This document shows, one piece after another, positions 11,548 through 23,325 of a DNA stretch of 64,000 bases (positions within the stretch are counted from its first letter, which is position 1; every line of letters begins with the position of its first letter). The notes under the pieces are model-generated. The model was not told where the DNA came from and ran no database searches. It worked only from the letters and a program-made list of their open reading frames with translations. The stretch is from Octopus sinensis (taxonomy: Eukaryota), in assembly GCF_006345805.1 (NCBI RefSeq), contig NC_043019.1, positions 27,899,360 through 27,963,359 on the forward strand. Direction: 5' to 3'. The position numbers and the translations under genes were made by a program.

Positions 11548-11619
11548 ATTCAACTGCCAGTAATTCACAAAAAAAGAGAACAAAATCCAGAAAGAACACT
11601 GTTAAGGAACCTACACCAG
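11548..11619 (+). CDS. WASHC2: WASHC2 coding exon (DSTASNSQKKRTKSRKNTVKEPTP)
   Basis: Long pyrimidine tract + ccag, gtacaa donor; 72 nt, phase 1/1, open in required frame. Confidence 0.75.
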
Positions 11620-11849
11620 GTACAATAAACACTTTTGTTCTTGTTATTGCTGTTGCTGTTGTTGTTGTTGTTACTTAGTCCTGAGTCAGACTTGATCCAA
11701 CCAGACATACAATCAAAAGCATTCCAACCATGGCCATCTCATCTGAAGTTACAATAGACCATATTATTGAATATATCCTTCCGTATTTGAGATGGTAGGG
11801 TGTCATTTGAAGGGTACATGGCTGCTATTTCTTGAAGGTAACCACATAA

Positions 11850-12072
11850 AGGCGGTGAGCTGGCAGAAACGTTAGCACGCCGGGCGAAATGCGTAGCCGT
11901 ATTTCGTCTGTCGTTACGTTCTGAGTTCAAATTCCGTCGAGGTCGACTTTGTCTTTCATCCTTTCGGGGTCGATAAATAAAGTACCAGTTTCCCACTGGG
12001 GTCGATGTAATCGACTTAATCCCTTTGTTTGTCCCCTCTATGTTTAGCCCCTTGTGGGCAGTAAAGAAATAC
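11850..12072 (-). mobile_element. SINE family B (young subtype)
   Basis: Reverse complement of 7005-7235. Confidence 0.85.
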
Positions 12073-12960
12073 ATAAAGGTTTCCTGTTATTGTTTACACC
12101 CAGGGCAGGTCTAATCCAACAGGCCTATGATCAAAGGCATTCCATTTACGACCATCCTGTTATTTTTATTGATACACAAGACCATCAAAACTGTCTGATC
12201 TTCTTTAAAGTAGTAAGATGTGCTTTGAGGGATATTTAACTGCTATTTCTAACAGGTCCAACAACCACTCAGAGGCTGCCTCATGAGTTTCTGTTTTTAT
12301 TGTTAAAGAAGGTATTGGAGGCTTTAACTGTTGTTGTGTAACTTTAGGTCAGCCCCAGGGCTCATTTTAATCAGTTTTAAATTTAATTAAAAATTCAGTT
12401 TCTTAAATTAATTTCAACAAGCAAAATAACTAATGTTTGTCACCACTTCAACATGGCCGTTCCATATGAATCGACGTTACTACCATTTTTTAACCCCGAG
12501 AGAATGCCTCCTCTGGCTGATTATCAATGCAATCAGCACCCAATATATATTGGAAGCAGGGGAGCAAACTCTTACCCTCTTCTAGCGACTTGACACAACC
12601 ACCAAACTGGCCAGTTACAGCCTATTTTTGCCCATCTTCAGTGGTGAATACCTGTCAGCTAGAAAGAACAGTAGTTCATTCCAGCTCACAATATATAGAA
12701 AACCAAGTGACACAACAGTCACTGATCTTGCAACTAGCAAATTATCCAGTTAGAAAACCTCTAAAAGAGATAAAAGTAGTGATTATGCTGTGAAGTAATG
12801 TTTGTCACCACTTCAACATGGCTGCTCCATACAAACCAACGTTACTAACATCTTTAACCCCAAGAAGGGTTAATTTTTTATTGTTTTTCTATTATTTATA
12901 TTTATTTATTTAAATTTTGCTTCTGGTATTTATTTCTTCTCTCTCTCTCTTTCTCTGCAG

Positions 12961-13058
12961 CCATAAACCATTTTGGTGGTTTTCCTGAAGAAGATAACTC
13001 AGCCTTTGATGTGTTCCCTGCTAAAAAGGGTCTCTTTTCTGATAATGATAATGAAGAG
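12961..13058 (+). CDS. WASHC2: WASHC2 coding exon (AINHFGGFPEEDNSAFDVFPAKKGLFSDNDNEE)
   Basis: ctgcag acceptor, gtaagt donor; 98 nt, phase 1/0; first half of an LFa motif. Confidence 0.88.
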
Positions 13059-13324
13059 GTAAGTAGAAAGAGCTGACTGCTGTTGGCTGGTAACTAGCAC
13101 ATTGCTTTTGCACTCTCTCTCTCTCTATCTCTTTAAATATGTGTGTCAGATTGCTCTTACAGTTCTGGTAACGTGTAACTCAGTACAACCTATTGTATGC
13201 TCAAGTCGTCAGTGACTTAACCAGCAACCCAGCACCAAGCTTGCTTGGTGAGCTGGGTGATTTTTGGACACCCTGTGGGATGAACAACAAGATCCATCAA
13301 AGGGCAGAGAAACCCAGAAAAGCA

Positions 13325-14316
13325 ACAGCCGTCAGTGGTTAAAGTATTGGGCTCACAATCATGAGGTAGTGAGTTCGATTCCTGTACCAGGATGTGTGTT
13401 ATCTTCTTGAGCAAGTCACTTCATTTCACATTGCTCCAGTTCACTCAGCTGTAGAGATGAGTTGCAACATCACTGATGCCAATCTGTGTCAACCTTTGCC
13501 TTTCCCTTGGATAACATCAGTGGTGTGGAGAGAGGAGACCGGCATGCATGAGCGACTGTTGGTCTTCCATAAACAACCTTGACCAGACTTGTGCTTCAGA
13601 ATGTAACTTTTTAGGTGCAATCCCATGGTCATTCATGACTGAAGGGGTTCTTTACAAATGGTATTCATCAGTTGTAATGAAGACATTCTCTCTAGGAGAA
13701 GAAAGTCTCAGAAATAAAAACCTGTCAGTGGCTAAGAGATGGTTCCACACTTCACAAAACCTTAGAGCTCCCAAACCAGGACCCTGCTACTGGGCATAGT
13801 TTAAAGTCAACATAATCCTTTTGTAATTCAACTGTGTCTAATGGTTAGGATTAATGTGACTCCTGTAGTTGTAGTCATAGTGGTGGTGGGTATTGCAGTG
13901 TTGTGGTTGGAGTGGCAGTGATTGTAATGATACCTTGCAGTTGTTGTTGTGGTGTAATGTTGGATATAGGATGGATGACAGTAAAGGATAAAGACCCCTG
14001 TCAGTCATAAATGAGCATGGAATTGCACGTAGAAAGTTCCCCTCGAAGGCTTAAGACCAGGCAAGGTTGCATGTGCAAGACCAACAGTCGCTCATCATTC
14101 CAGTCTCCCCATCTCCACGCCACCAATGTTATCCAAGAGAAAAGCAAAGGCTGATACAGTTTGGCACCAGTGATGTCGCAACTCATTTCTACAGCTGAGT
14201 GAACTGGAGCAATGTGAAATAAAGTGTCTTGCTCAAGAACACAACACACATCCTAGCTTGGGAATCGAACTCACAACCTCACAATTGTAAGCTCAATGCT
14301 CTAACCACTGAGTCAT
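13325..14316. mobile_element. Convergent pair of SINEs (head D, tail F): 13325-13655 plus, 13988-14316 minus
   Basis: Mutually reverse-complementary over about 320 bp. Confidence 0.75.
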
Positions 14317-14446
14317 AGATGACAGTAGCTGCTACTATAATACAAAACACAATGTTAATGATGTGTAATATTTCTAATTGTAGTCCTGATGACCAACAAT
14401 TTGTGCTTACTTGTCCTCACTTTGTGACTGTTTCTTTTTCATACAG

Positions 14447-14540
14447 GGTGGGCTTTTTGACGACATTCCACGTAAACCTTCCATAGATCAGTCTAGAAAA
14501 ACACCACCATCTCATGGCTTCAGTGATGACGAAATTGATG
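14447..14540 (+). CDS. WASHC2: WASHC2 coding exon (GGLFDDIPRKPSIDQSRKTPPSHGFSDDEID)
   Basis: atacag acceptor, gtaagt donor; 94 nt, phase 0/1. Confidence 0.88.
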
Positions 14541-16311
14541 GTAAGTGTTCAGTTTTTTGTATAATCTCAATTGCATACACTGTATTTTTCTTCAGCTCAG
14601 CAAGCTTTATGCAACAGCAGTGAATGTTTTATTCAGTTTCCTATATATCAAGGCTTGAATTTTATTTAAGCAGGTGATAATTGGGTACACAGCATTAACA
14701 AGCATCAAGAAAGGCAAAACATGTTTATTGTTCTTCTTAGTCACTGCAGGAACTATATTGATCTCATTCTGATATATACTGGGTTTTTAACACAAGTCTG
14801 TGAAGAGATTTTATCTCACGCAATTCCACAGCTGCATGCCTTCTAGAAATATGTATACATTTAGCATGATACACAGATGGTGATTTTAATTTAATGCTGT
14901 TCCAATTGCATGCACCAAGTTGGTGTGTGTGTGCATGCATATATCATCATTATTTTTATGTCCATTTTCTTCTATGCTAGCATGAGTTAGACAAGGCTTA
15001 ATGAGACAGTATTCAACAGTCAGATGTTCTTGTCATCAACCCCAAACTTTTTTAAGTAAAAGACATTTCATTCCACAGGTTGTCACCAGTCAAAAGGTGC
15101 AAAATTTATAGGGCAGGGAATTGGACATGAACATAGGATAAAATATCCCTCTTTTCTTCAAATGAGGTCATGCAGCATCACTCAGAATGTAAACATTCAC
15201 ACACACACACACACACACATGATGGCCTCTCATGCAGTTTCTGATCTCCAGTTTCACTGACAAGGCATTGGTTGGCCTGAGACCACAGAACAAGACACTC
15301 ACCCAGGCTGCTGTACTGTGGGATAGAACTCAAAACCACAGGGCTACAAGTCAAACTCTATCCACACAGCCATGCCTGTATTTAAGTATGGAAAAGGGGC
15401 CATTAAATGGTGATGATGATACACATGCACACACATGAGATGTGGAATCTGTGGGCAGGTTACTTGTCTAGGAGGACAGTAACTCTGAATAAGAACTGAC
15501 ACGGGGTAGAAGTACCCTTTAATCATCCTTGCATGGGGAAACCTCTCTAGTGGTAGTCAGTGGTTTAATAAAATGCATCCGGGACATATATACAACACCA
15601 TATATACAACACCAAAGTTGGCCAGTTTTTGGTTGTTGTATGTTCAGGATGACACAAGCTATTACACTCCTTCTAACCCATGCCAGCATGTGAAAATGGA
15701 TGCATAATATTGATAAGGACATGTGTGTTTGTGTGTGTGTATTATATATATATATGTGTGTGTACATGTTGTATGTATGCATATTAATCACTGTATTACT
15801 GTATCGACCTGGCTCTTGGGTATTGTCACACACCGCTGGTCACAGTGCGCTTCCTCACATTGTTGTAGCTTTTGAATGATGCTACCCTGCTGGCTAGGTG
15901 GGCAGGCCAACATTCCCCATGAATGGGACAACAGTCTGTTGGTGGGTTGCCAATTGACAGCTGAGTGAACTGGAGCAATGTATTTTGCTCAAGAACACAA
16001 TGTATCTACTGGTCCAAGAACCAAAAACCACAATTTTGCAACCGTAAGTGCAACATGCTAACCTCCAGCCCACATGCCTCCACACATACACACACACACA
16101 CATATATGACAGGCTTCTTTCAGTTTCTGTCAACCAAATTCACTTACACTTTGGTCAGCCCAAGGCTGTAGCAGAAGACACTTGCCCAAGGTGCCACACA
16201 GTGGGACTGAACTCGGAACCATGTGGTCGGAAAGCAACTTCTTACCACACAGCCTCATTTGCGTGTGTGTGTATATATATATGTATGTGTATATATATAT
16301 ATATGTATATA

Positions 16312-16602
16312 CAGAACCATCCGATTGTGGCCGTTGCCAGCCACGTCTGGCCCCCGTGCCGGTGGCATGTAAAAAGCACCATCTGATCGTGGCCGTTTGC
16401 CAGCCTCGTCTGGCACCTGTGCAGGTGGCACGTAAAAAGCACCCACTACACTCACGGAGTGGTTGGCATTAGGAAGGGCATCCAGCCGTAGAAACACTGC
16501 CAGATCTGACTGGGCCTGATGAAGCCTTCCAGCTTCACAGACCCCAGTTGAACCGTCCAACCCATGCTAGCATGGAGAACGGACGCTAAATGATGATGAT
16601 GA

Positions 16603-16605
<3 letters not shown>
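16312..16605 (+). mobile_element. RTE-family LINE 3' UTR copy
   Basis: Same family as 1364-1812; (GAT)n tail. Confidence 0.7.
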
Positions 16606-16643
<38 letters not shown>

Positions 16644-16681
16644 AATGCATAATAACCTCTGTATTTTCTTTATGATGACAG

Positions 16682-16864
16682 ATCTATTTTCACCAACCAA
16701 TACAAGCAGCAGTTCTCAGAAACCAAAGAGCCATAGATCTAGTATTGTGTCAGCCACCTCTGAAAAAGGTCTGTTTGATGATGATGATGATGATGATGAA
16801 GGGGTGGAGGATAAGAATGCTGCTTTATTTACCAGTAGTGGCTTCAAATCCCAACCAAAAGATG
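16682..16864 (+). CDS. WASHC2: WASHC2 coding exon (DLFSPTNTSS...KGLFDDDDDDDEGVEDKNAALFTSSGFKSQPKD)
   Basis: tgacag acceptor, gtaagc donor; 183 nt, phase 1/1; LFa motif. Confidence 0.88.
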
Positions 16865-16974
16865 GTAAGCAATGATTTCTGTCTACTTAACTCTCCATAC
16901 CTCTTATTTCATTACTCTTTTTATCTCTCTCTCCCTATTTCTCTTGTTACATATATGTGTGTGTGTGTGTATGG

Positions 16975-17354
16975 ATGCACAATGGCCCAGTGATTAGAGC
17001 AGCAAACTCACAGTTGTAGTATTGCGGTTTCGATTCCCAGATTGGGCATCGTAAGTGTTTATTGAGTGAAAACACCCAAAGCTCCATGAGGCTCCGGTAG
17101 GGGGTGGTGGCAAACCCTGCTGTACTCTTTCACCACCACTTTCTCTCTTTCTTCCTGTTTCTGTTGTACCTGTATTTCAAAGGAGCCAGCCTTGTCACAC
17201 TGGTGTCATGCTGAATCTTCCTGAGAACTACATTAAGGGTACACATGTCTGTGGAGTGCTCAGCCACTTGCACGTTAATTTCACAAGCAGGCTGTTCTGT
17301 TGATCGGATCAACTGGAACCTTCATCGTAAGCGACGGAGTGCCATGACAACAAC
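16975..17354 (+). mobile_element. SINE with head C and tail D
   Basis: First ~170 bp align to 11198 copy, remainder aligns to 45840-45977 and 57975-58158. Confidence 0.7.
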
Positions 17355-17689
17355 GATATAATATGTATACCATGGTATCACAGTATTGACCAGACTATTG
17401 GATATTGTTATACACCACTGGTCACAATGCACTTCACATTGTTTTAGCTTGCAAATGATGCTCCTCCATTGGCTAGGCAAGCAGGCCAACATTTCCCTGA
17501 CTGAAAGGTTATTCTGTCACAAGGTTATCCATTTAGAGATGAGTGAACTGGAACAACATGAAATGAAGTGTTTTGTTCAAGAACAAAATGAGCCGCCCAG
17601 TCTGGGAATCGAACCCATGATCTACCAATCATGAGTGCAACACACTAACCACCAGGTCACACACATTAGCACACATCTATATAATAACC

Positions 17690-18060
17690 TTCTTCAGCAA
17701 GTATGTGGATGACATTCTCATGTTCACCCCATCCCATGAGGATGCCTCCACAATACCAAAGGATTTCAATAAGATGGACCAACACAGTTTCACCATTAAA
17801 CCTCCAAACACTAGTGGTTCCCTTACTTGACTTTCTGCTAAACATTGTGGACAGGGAAAAATTGACACAGTGTTCTACCAAAAATTAATCTGCCAGGACC
17901 TCTTTGTCCATTACAAGTTGGTCATCCCCATCAGGGCTAAGATAAGCTACGTACATGAGAACACCTGGATACATGAGATGCAGTGACAACACCAGCCAGG
18001 ATGCTCAGTTCTTAAAGGTACTTGAGACCAATGAACACCTGACATCCACTATTAACTCCA
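17690..18060 (+). mobile_element. Penelope-like element reverse transcriptase remnant
   Basis: FFSKYVDDILMF...FNKMDQHSFTIK..GSL, LLDFLLNI, IDTVFYQK...DLFVHY...KISYV across frameshifts fit the PLE RT YVDD/KFT/LPFLD/thumb pattern. Confidence 0.75.
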
Positions 18061-18477
18061 TACGCAAACACAAGCCAAATAAATGTGGCTGACCTGCAGC
18101 TACTCATCATCATCGTTTAAAGTCCACTTTCTATGCTGCCTTGTGTTGGACAGTTTGACATGAAGCTGGCTAGCAGGGAGCCAATTGTCTGTTGTGGCAT
18201 GGCTTCTCTGGCTGGATGCCCTTCTTTATGCCAACCACTTTACAGAGCATGCTGGGTGTCTTTTATGTGCCTCAGGCACAAGTATGTTTACACAGGTGTG
18301 TTTACACACCACTGGCATGGGTGCATTTGTGCAGCACTGGCATAGGTGCGTTTATGCAGCTCTAACATGGGTGCTTTTTATGTGGCATTGGCACCTGAAA
18401 GGACAAGCTTGTATGTGTGGAAAAATTCCACAGTGATGGTCATGTTATTTAATTTCTGTTTGTTTATTTATTTTCAG

Positions 18478-18593
18478 ATTTACCAAAATCTAAGCCAGTG
18501 AGCAACCTATTTGAAGACAATGATAGTGAGGCCAGCGATGATGGAGATTTGTTTAGTAATATTACTGCAAAGAAACCAATTGAAACAAAGCAG
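18478..18593 (+). CDS. WASHC2: WASHC2 coding exon (DLPKSKPVSNLFEDNDSEASDDGDLFSNITAKKPIETKQ)
   Basis: ttttcag acceptor, gtaggt donor; 116 nt, phase 1/0; LFa motif. Confidence 0.9.
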
Positions 18594-18751
18594 GTAGGTC
18601 TTGTTTTGATAAATACAAATATGGTCAAGTGGTTAAGAAATTCATTGCATAATTGCAAGGTCCCAAGTTCATAGTAAATATCAAAAGAACCTTAACCTTT
18701 TCATAAACATATTACTAACCATATTCTTTGTGCATTTAGGGTAATTTAAGC

Positions 18752-19150
18752 ACAGGCATGGCTGTGTGGTAAGAAGCTTGCTTCCCAACCACATGGTTCC
18801 AGTTTCAGTCCTGTTGCGTGGCATCTTGGGCAAGTATATACCCATACTATAGCCTTGGGCCAACCAAAGCCTTGTGAGTGGATTCGGTGAATGGAAACTG
18901 AAAGAAGCCCTTCGTATTTATGTATATATATGTGTGTGTGTCCTTGTGTCTGTGTTTGTCCCCACCACCGCTTGAGAACTGCTGTTTCTGTGTTTAGATC
19001 CCCATAACTTAGCAGTTCAACAAAAGAAACTGATAGAATAAGTACCAGCCTTAGAAAAAGATAAGTCCTGGGGTCGATATATTCAACTAAACCCTTGAAG
19101 GCAGTGCCTCAGCATGGCCATAGCCAAATGACTGAAACAAGTAATGGATA
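18752..19150 (+). mobile_element. SINE family A, full length
   Basis: Same head, microsatellite linker and tail. Confidence 0.8.
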
Positions 19151-19515
19151 GAAGACGAAGAAATTAACTAACATGGATTTTGGCCTTATTACAGCTGAAG
19201 TTTTTGTCTTGTGAGCTCATGAGTGCTGCTGCCACATAAAAACCACCCATGCTGGTACCACATACAAAGTACCTTTGTTGGTGCCACATATAAGGTACCC
19301 ATACTGGTTCCACATATAGAGCACTGGTGCTGGTGCCATGTAAAAAGTGCCCAGTACACTCTGTAAAGTGGTTGGCATTAAGAAGAGCATCCTGCTGCAG
19401 AAACCATGCTAAAACAGACAACTGGAGCCTGCTGCAGTTCTGTAACTTGCCAGCTCCTGTCAACCCAAGCCAGCATGGGGAAACAGATGTTAAATAATGA
19501 TGATGAATCTGATGT

Positions 19516-19910
19516 TTGGAACATGAGCGCCTTGTTTCCCTGGGCATGGATTCACTGAAGCTCCGGCGTCTGGCGATGGACTTGGTAAACACCCACAAGG
19601 TTATCAACCACCTCACCAACAACAACACTGAACACCTTTTTGATCTCCATGTGTCTAACACACGTGGACATGCCTACAAAGTCAGAAAACAGCACAGCTC
19701 CCATGACTTTCGGAAAAATTTTTTCACGCTCAGGGTTGCTGAAGCGTGGAATAAACTGCCTGCATCAGTTGTTGACTGCCATGACACTGCATCCTTTAAG
19801 GCCCTCATGCTTCCCGAAATCCGTCGAAACTACACCTGATTATATACACACTTTAGATGAGTTGTAGTGCACCTGAGCACTGTACACATTATTATTATTA
19901 TTATTATTAT
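19516..19910 (+). mobile_element. 5'-truncated CR1-type LINE 3' end with (ATT)n tail
   Basis: LKLRRLAMDLVNTHKVIN...TRGHAYKV...RKNFFTLRVAEAWNKLPASVV...SFK is the CR1 ORF2 C-terminus; short 3' UTR; (att)n tail. Confidence 0.9.
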
Positions 19911-20937
19911 GACTTGCCAAAAGATTCTTCCACGAAACTGTCGGAAAGTTTTAATTGGAATATGGACATTTTAGAATGAAAGGTTTTTGTGTCTGCAAAC
20001 CGTCATGGGCAACTTGCGCATGGACCCTTCTGAATGGCACGTATCATCATCGTTTAATGTCCACCTTCCATGCTGGCATGAGTTGGATGGTTTGACTGAG
20101 GGCTGGCAAGCCAGAAGGCTGCACCAGGCTCCAGTCTGATCTGGCAAGGTTTCTACAGCTGGATGCCCTTCCTAACGCTACCAGAATGTAGTGGGTGCTT
20201 TTTACGTGCCATTAGCATGAGGGCCAGTCAGGCGGTACTGGTATCGACCACGCTTCATAAACATATTATTAATGATATTCTTTGTGCATTTAAAGTAATT
20301 TAAGCACAGGCATGGCTGTGTGGTAAGAAGCTTACTTCCCAACCACATGGTTCCAAGTTCAGTCCTGCTGTGTGACATCTTGGGCAACTTTTTATTTTAG
20401 TAGTATATCCCACCTGACTATGCACCATGTCTTCTGCAGCCTGCTTTTCATGAAAGGTTGCCCACGCCTGTCGCAGAACTAGAGATGGTCTTGAGTAGGC
20501 CTTTAGCTAAAGGGTATATTCTAATATCCCCCAAAAGCTCATTCTGAAGAAGTTTAACATTCAGAGTCTTTTTGTGTTGTAACAAACTTAAGTGAAACGA
20601 GGAATGTCGGATTTTTTTTTTTGATTTTTTTACTTGCTTCAGTTATTAGACTGTGGCTATGCTGGAGCACACCACGTTGAAGAATCTTAATCAAACGAAT
20701 TACTTCCAGTACTTTTTTTTTTTTCTGAAATTGGTATTTATTCTGTTAGTCTCTTTTGCCAAGCCACAGTGGTGGGGGACAAACACACCGTCAAAGTCAT
20801 GTACACATGTATTACATGTGTGCATGTCTTTGTGCGGTCCGGTAAAAGAAACCAATTGAATAAGTACCAGGCTTAACAAGTACTGGAGTCGATTTGTTTG
20901 ACTGACATGCACACATATATACACACACCACACACAC

Positions 20938-20980
<43 letters not shown>

Positions 20981-21177
20981 GTGTCCCAGATGAACCAACT
21001 TCATGGCAGGAGGTGCAGATGAGGGCAGCTGCATCGAACTCTCTCATGCACCAAATGGCAATTGCTAAAAAGCATTCGTGAAGTAAAATCATATAGCAAC
21101 ACTGAATGGCGGTGCCTCAGCATGGCCACAGCTCGTGAGCTGAAACTAGATAAAATATAAAATAAAATATATATATA

Positions 21178-21215
<38 letters not shown>

Positions 21216-21237
21216 TTTTTATTAAAACTGCAAAATT

Positions 21238-21289
21238 ATCACAGAACTGTTACTCAGTTTCATGTTGCCATTCATCGGACAGTTGTGAT
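21238..21289 (-). ncRNA. Type I hammerhead ribozyme motif, CCGAUGA core, GUA site
   Basis: Minus strand: atcac aactgt|ccgatga|atg-gcaa-cat|gaaa|ctgag|ta|acagtt ct gtgat; stem I 6+5 bp, extendable over 21214-21317. Confidence 0.65.
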
Positions 21290-21441
21290 GAATACTTTTG
21301 CAGCTTTAATAAAAAGTATATTACTCCATCATTAGTATTTGAGTACTGTTTTTTTCCACTTTGTTTTGCACTTATGTGCTTTCCTGTGTGTGTGTATATA
21401 TATATATATATACAATGGATTTTTATTTATTCTTTAAACAG

Positions 21442-21641
21442 ACTGGAGACGAAAGGGATTCAGTCAATCGCAAAATGTCTGTCAACAACTCGAAGCCTGT
21501 TCGGTCTGAATCCTCAACATCATCCTTGCTAAGCAAACCTTCTGAGACAGTAAAGCATAGTCCACTTCAGTCCAGTGACAGCCTCTTTGCTGACAATAAC
21601 GATGACGACCTTTTCCTTTCAAACCCTGTGCCCAACACACA
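21442..21641 (+). CDS. WASHC2: WASHC2 coding exon (TGDERDSVNRK...SLFADNNDDDLFLSNPVPNT), last exon found
   Basis: aaacag acceptor, gtgagt donor at 21642; 200 nt, phase 0/2; LFa motif. Confidence 0.88.
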
Positions 21642-21776
21642 GTGAGTAAATTTAGTACCCTTTACCTTTCTCTCTCTTCACTCTTCCCCTTTGTTTCTCT
21701 CCTTTATTTCTTCACTTTCTCTTTCACTTTCAGTTCTCCCTCTTATCTGTTCATTTCTCTCTTTTACTCTCTTTAA

Positions 21777-22302
21777 CAGTGGTTCTCAACCTTTTTTAAT
21801 ATCTGGGCCAAATCCAAAACCTGGATTTTTTTGTTCTTGTTTTTAAGGGGCTGCACCAAAATAAAAGTAAAGCATATGGCAATTAAAGAAAAAATTTATA
21901 TTTATAAAGGCCTCACAGAGGCAATGACAAATGACTGAGACCTTTGGCAATATGCCGGGCTTGAAAAGAAGACCCATCAAGCCAGGGAAATCATAGTCAT
22001 AGCAGATACAGGTGTCACGCAACTGGCACCTGTGCTGGTGGCACGTAAAAGCACCTATTACAATCTCAGTGTGGTTGGCATTAGGAAGAGCATCCAGTTA
22101 TAGTAACCATGCCAAATTGAACTGGTGTCTGGTCCAGCTCCCCAGCTTACCAGCTCTGCTCAAGCTGGCCAACCCATGCCAGCATGGACAACGGACGTTA
22201 AATAATGATGAGGATGATGATGAAAGGGAAAGCCGTCAAGGGCTGCCTGAAGAATACTTGAGGGACACATGTGGCCCTGGGAACCATGGTTGAAAACCAC
22301 TG
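21777..22302. mobile_element. hAT (Charlie-like) MITE
   Basis: TIRs cagtggttctcaacc / ggttgaaaaccactg; 8-bp TSD ctctttaa / ctctataa. Confidence 0.8.
21909..22225 (+). mobile_element. RTE-family LINE 3' end (ORF end + UTR) nested in a hAT MITE
   Basis: GLTEAMTND*DLWQYAGLEKKT followed by the family UTR and (GAT)n. Confidence 0.7.
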
Positions 22303-22959
22303 CTCTATAATCTCTTGTTTTCTTCTTCTTGCTTTGAAACTATTTTCATACATCAAATATGTATATATATTTCGTTTTTGTACTTGGTTTGAAAGATTCT
22401 TTATGTGAATTCATGTGTTGAAGCATATTTTATTGTGTCTGAGGAGAGTCAGTAAAAAAAAATAAATAAATGAGTGGAAATTGGACCAGTGAGTGTGTTA
22501 AATTAATAAGGCACTAAAAGAGAATAACTCTCCCTAGACACAATAAAATGTATATGTTACAAAGATATTGCAGCCATAGAAATACCAGCCTATTATAGGC
22601 CTCAAGCTCTGAAATTTTGCAGGAAGGGTTGGCTAATTGATTATATTGGTAGCAGAGTTCAGTGGGCACTTATTTTATCGACCCTGAAAGGGTGAAAGGC
22701 AAAGTTGACCTCAGTGGAATTTGAACTCAGAATGTAAGGACAAATGAAATACCGTGAAGCATTTTGTCCAGCATGCTAACAATTCTACCGGCTTGCCATC
22801 ATCGTCGTTTAACGTCCGCTTTCCATGCTAGCATGAGTTGGACGATTTTGACTGAGGGCTGGTGAACCAGGCTCCAGTCTTGATTTGGCAGAGTTTCTAC
22901 AGCTGGATGCCCTTCCTAACGCCAACCACTCCATCTTTTTTAATAATGATAATAATAAT

Positions 22960-23325
22960 AATAAGAGCACTCAGAGAGCGCAAACCTCAGCCAAGGCAAC
23001 ACTTATGTCCTCGCAAAATTTACCCAGAGATGATTTTTAAAACGAGCATATCTGAAATAAACTCACCTGCTCTCACAAACAAAAATACTAGGAATGAACC
23101 CGGCTGCTCTCAAAAATTAAGTAAAAACACTGGAAAAATAATCCAGAATTCTTGTCCGGTAATGGATTGATCTCAAAATCTAATCAGTTTGTGCTTGTCA
23201 CGAGGCCAAACATTCCTGAAAGTTTCATCTGAATCCATCCAGCAGTTCTTGAGATATCTTGTCCAAGGTCAAGCAAACACAACTGGAAACAATACCTCCA
23301 TCTTCACTAATAGCAAAGGTAATAA
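22960..23325 (+). mobile_element. Helentron-like non-autonomous element (copy without the Gypsy insert)
   Basis: Begins aataagagcactcagagagcgcaaacctc in an (AAT)n run, ends in a degenerate hairpin + taataa; colinear with 3028-3640. Confidence 0.55.

Larger units (their letters stand above)
399..21641 (+). other. WASHC2: Partial multi-exon gene span: WASH complex subunit 2 (FAM21) ortholog; 5' exons upstream of window, 3' exons not found
   Basis: 14 exons with GT-AG boundaries and matching phases give one open frame (1574 nt). Motifs NNVFNDFIMLANSQFVEN|RVYDD, AGNSESEDDD, DPYIHRPLPFLIGS and ELAARL match the FAM21 head as I recall it. Repeated LF-acidic-LF (LFa) motifs follow. Confidence 0.93.

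Noticed and set aside
12432-12862. 65-bp direct repeats flanking ~300 bp, resembling mini-LTRs
   Set aside because: No TG..CA termini, PBS, PPT or TSD; about 80% identity; class unresolved.
20530-20610. CUGAAGA ... GAAACG hammerhead-like string
   Set aside because: Lacks U16.1 and a base-proximal stem II; too degenerate to call.
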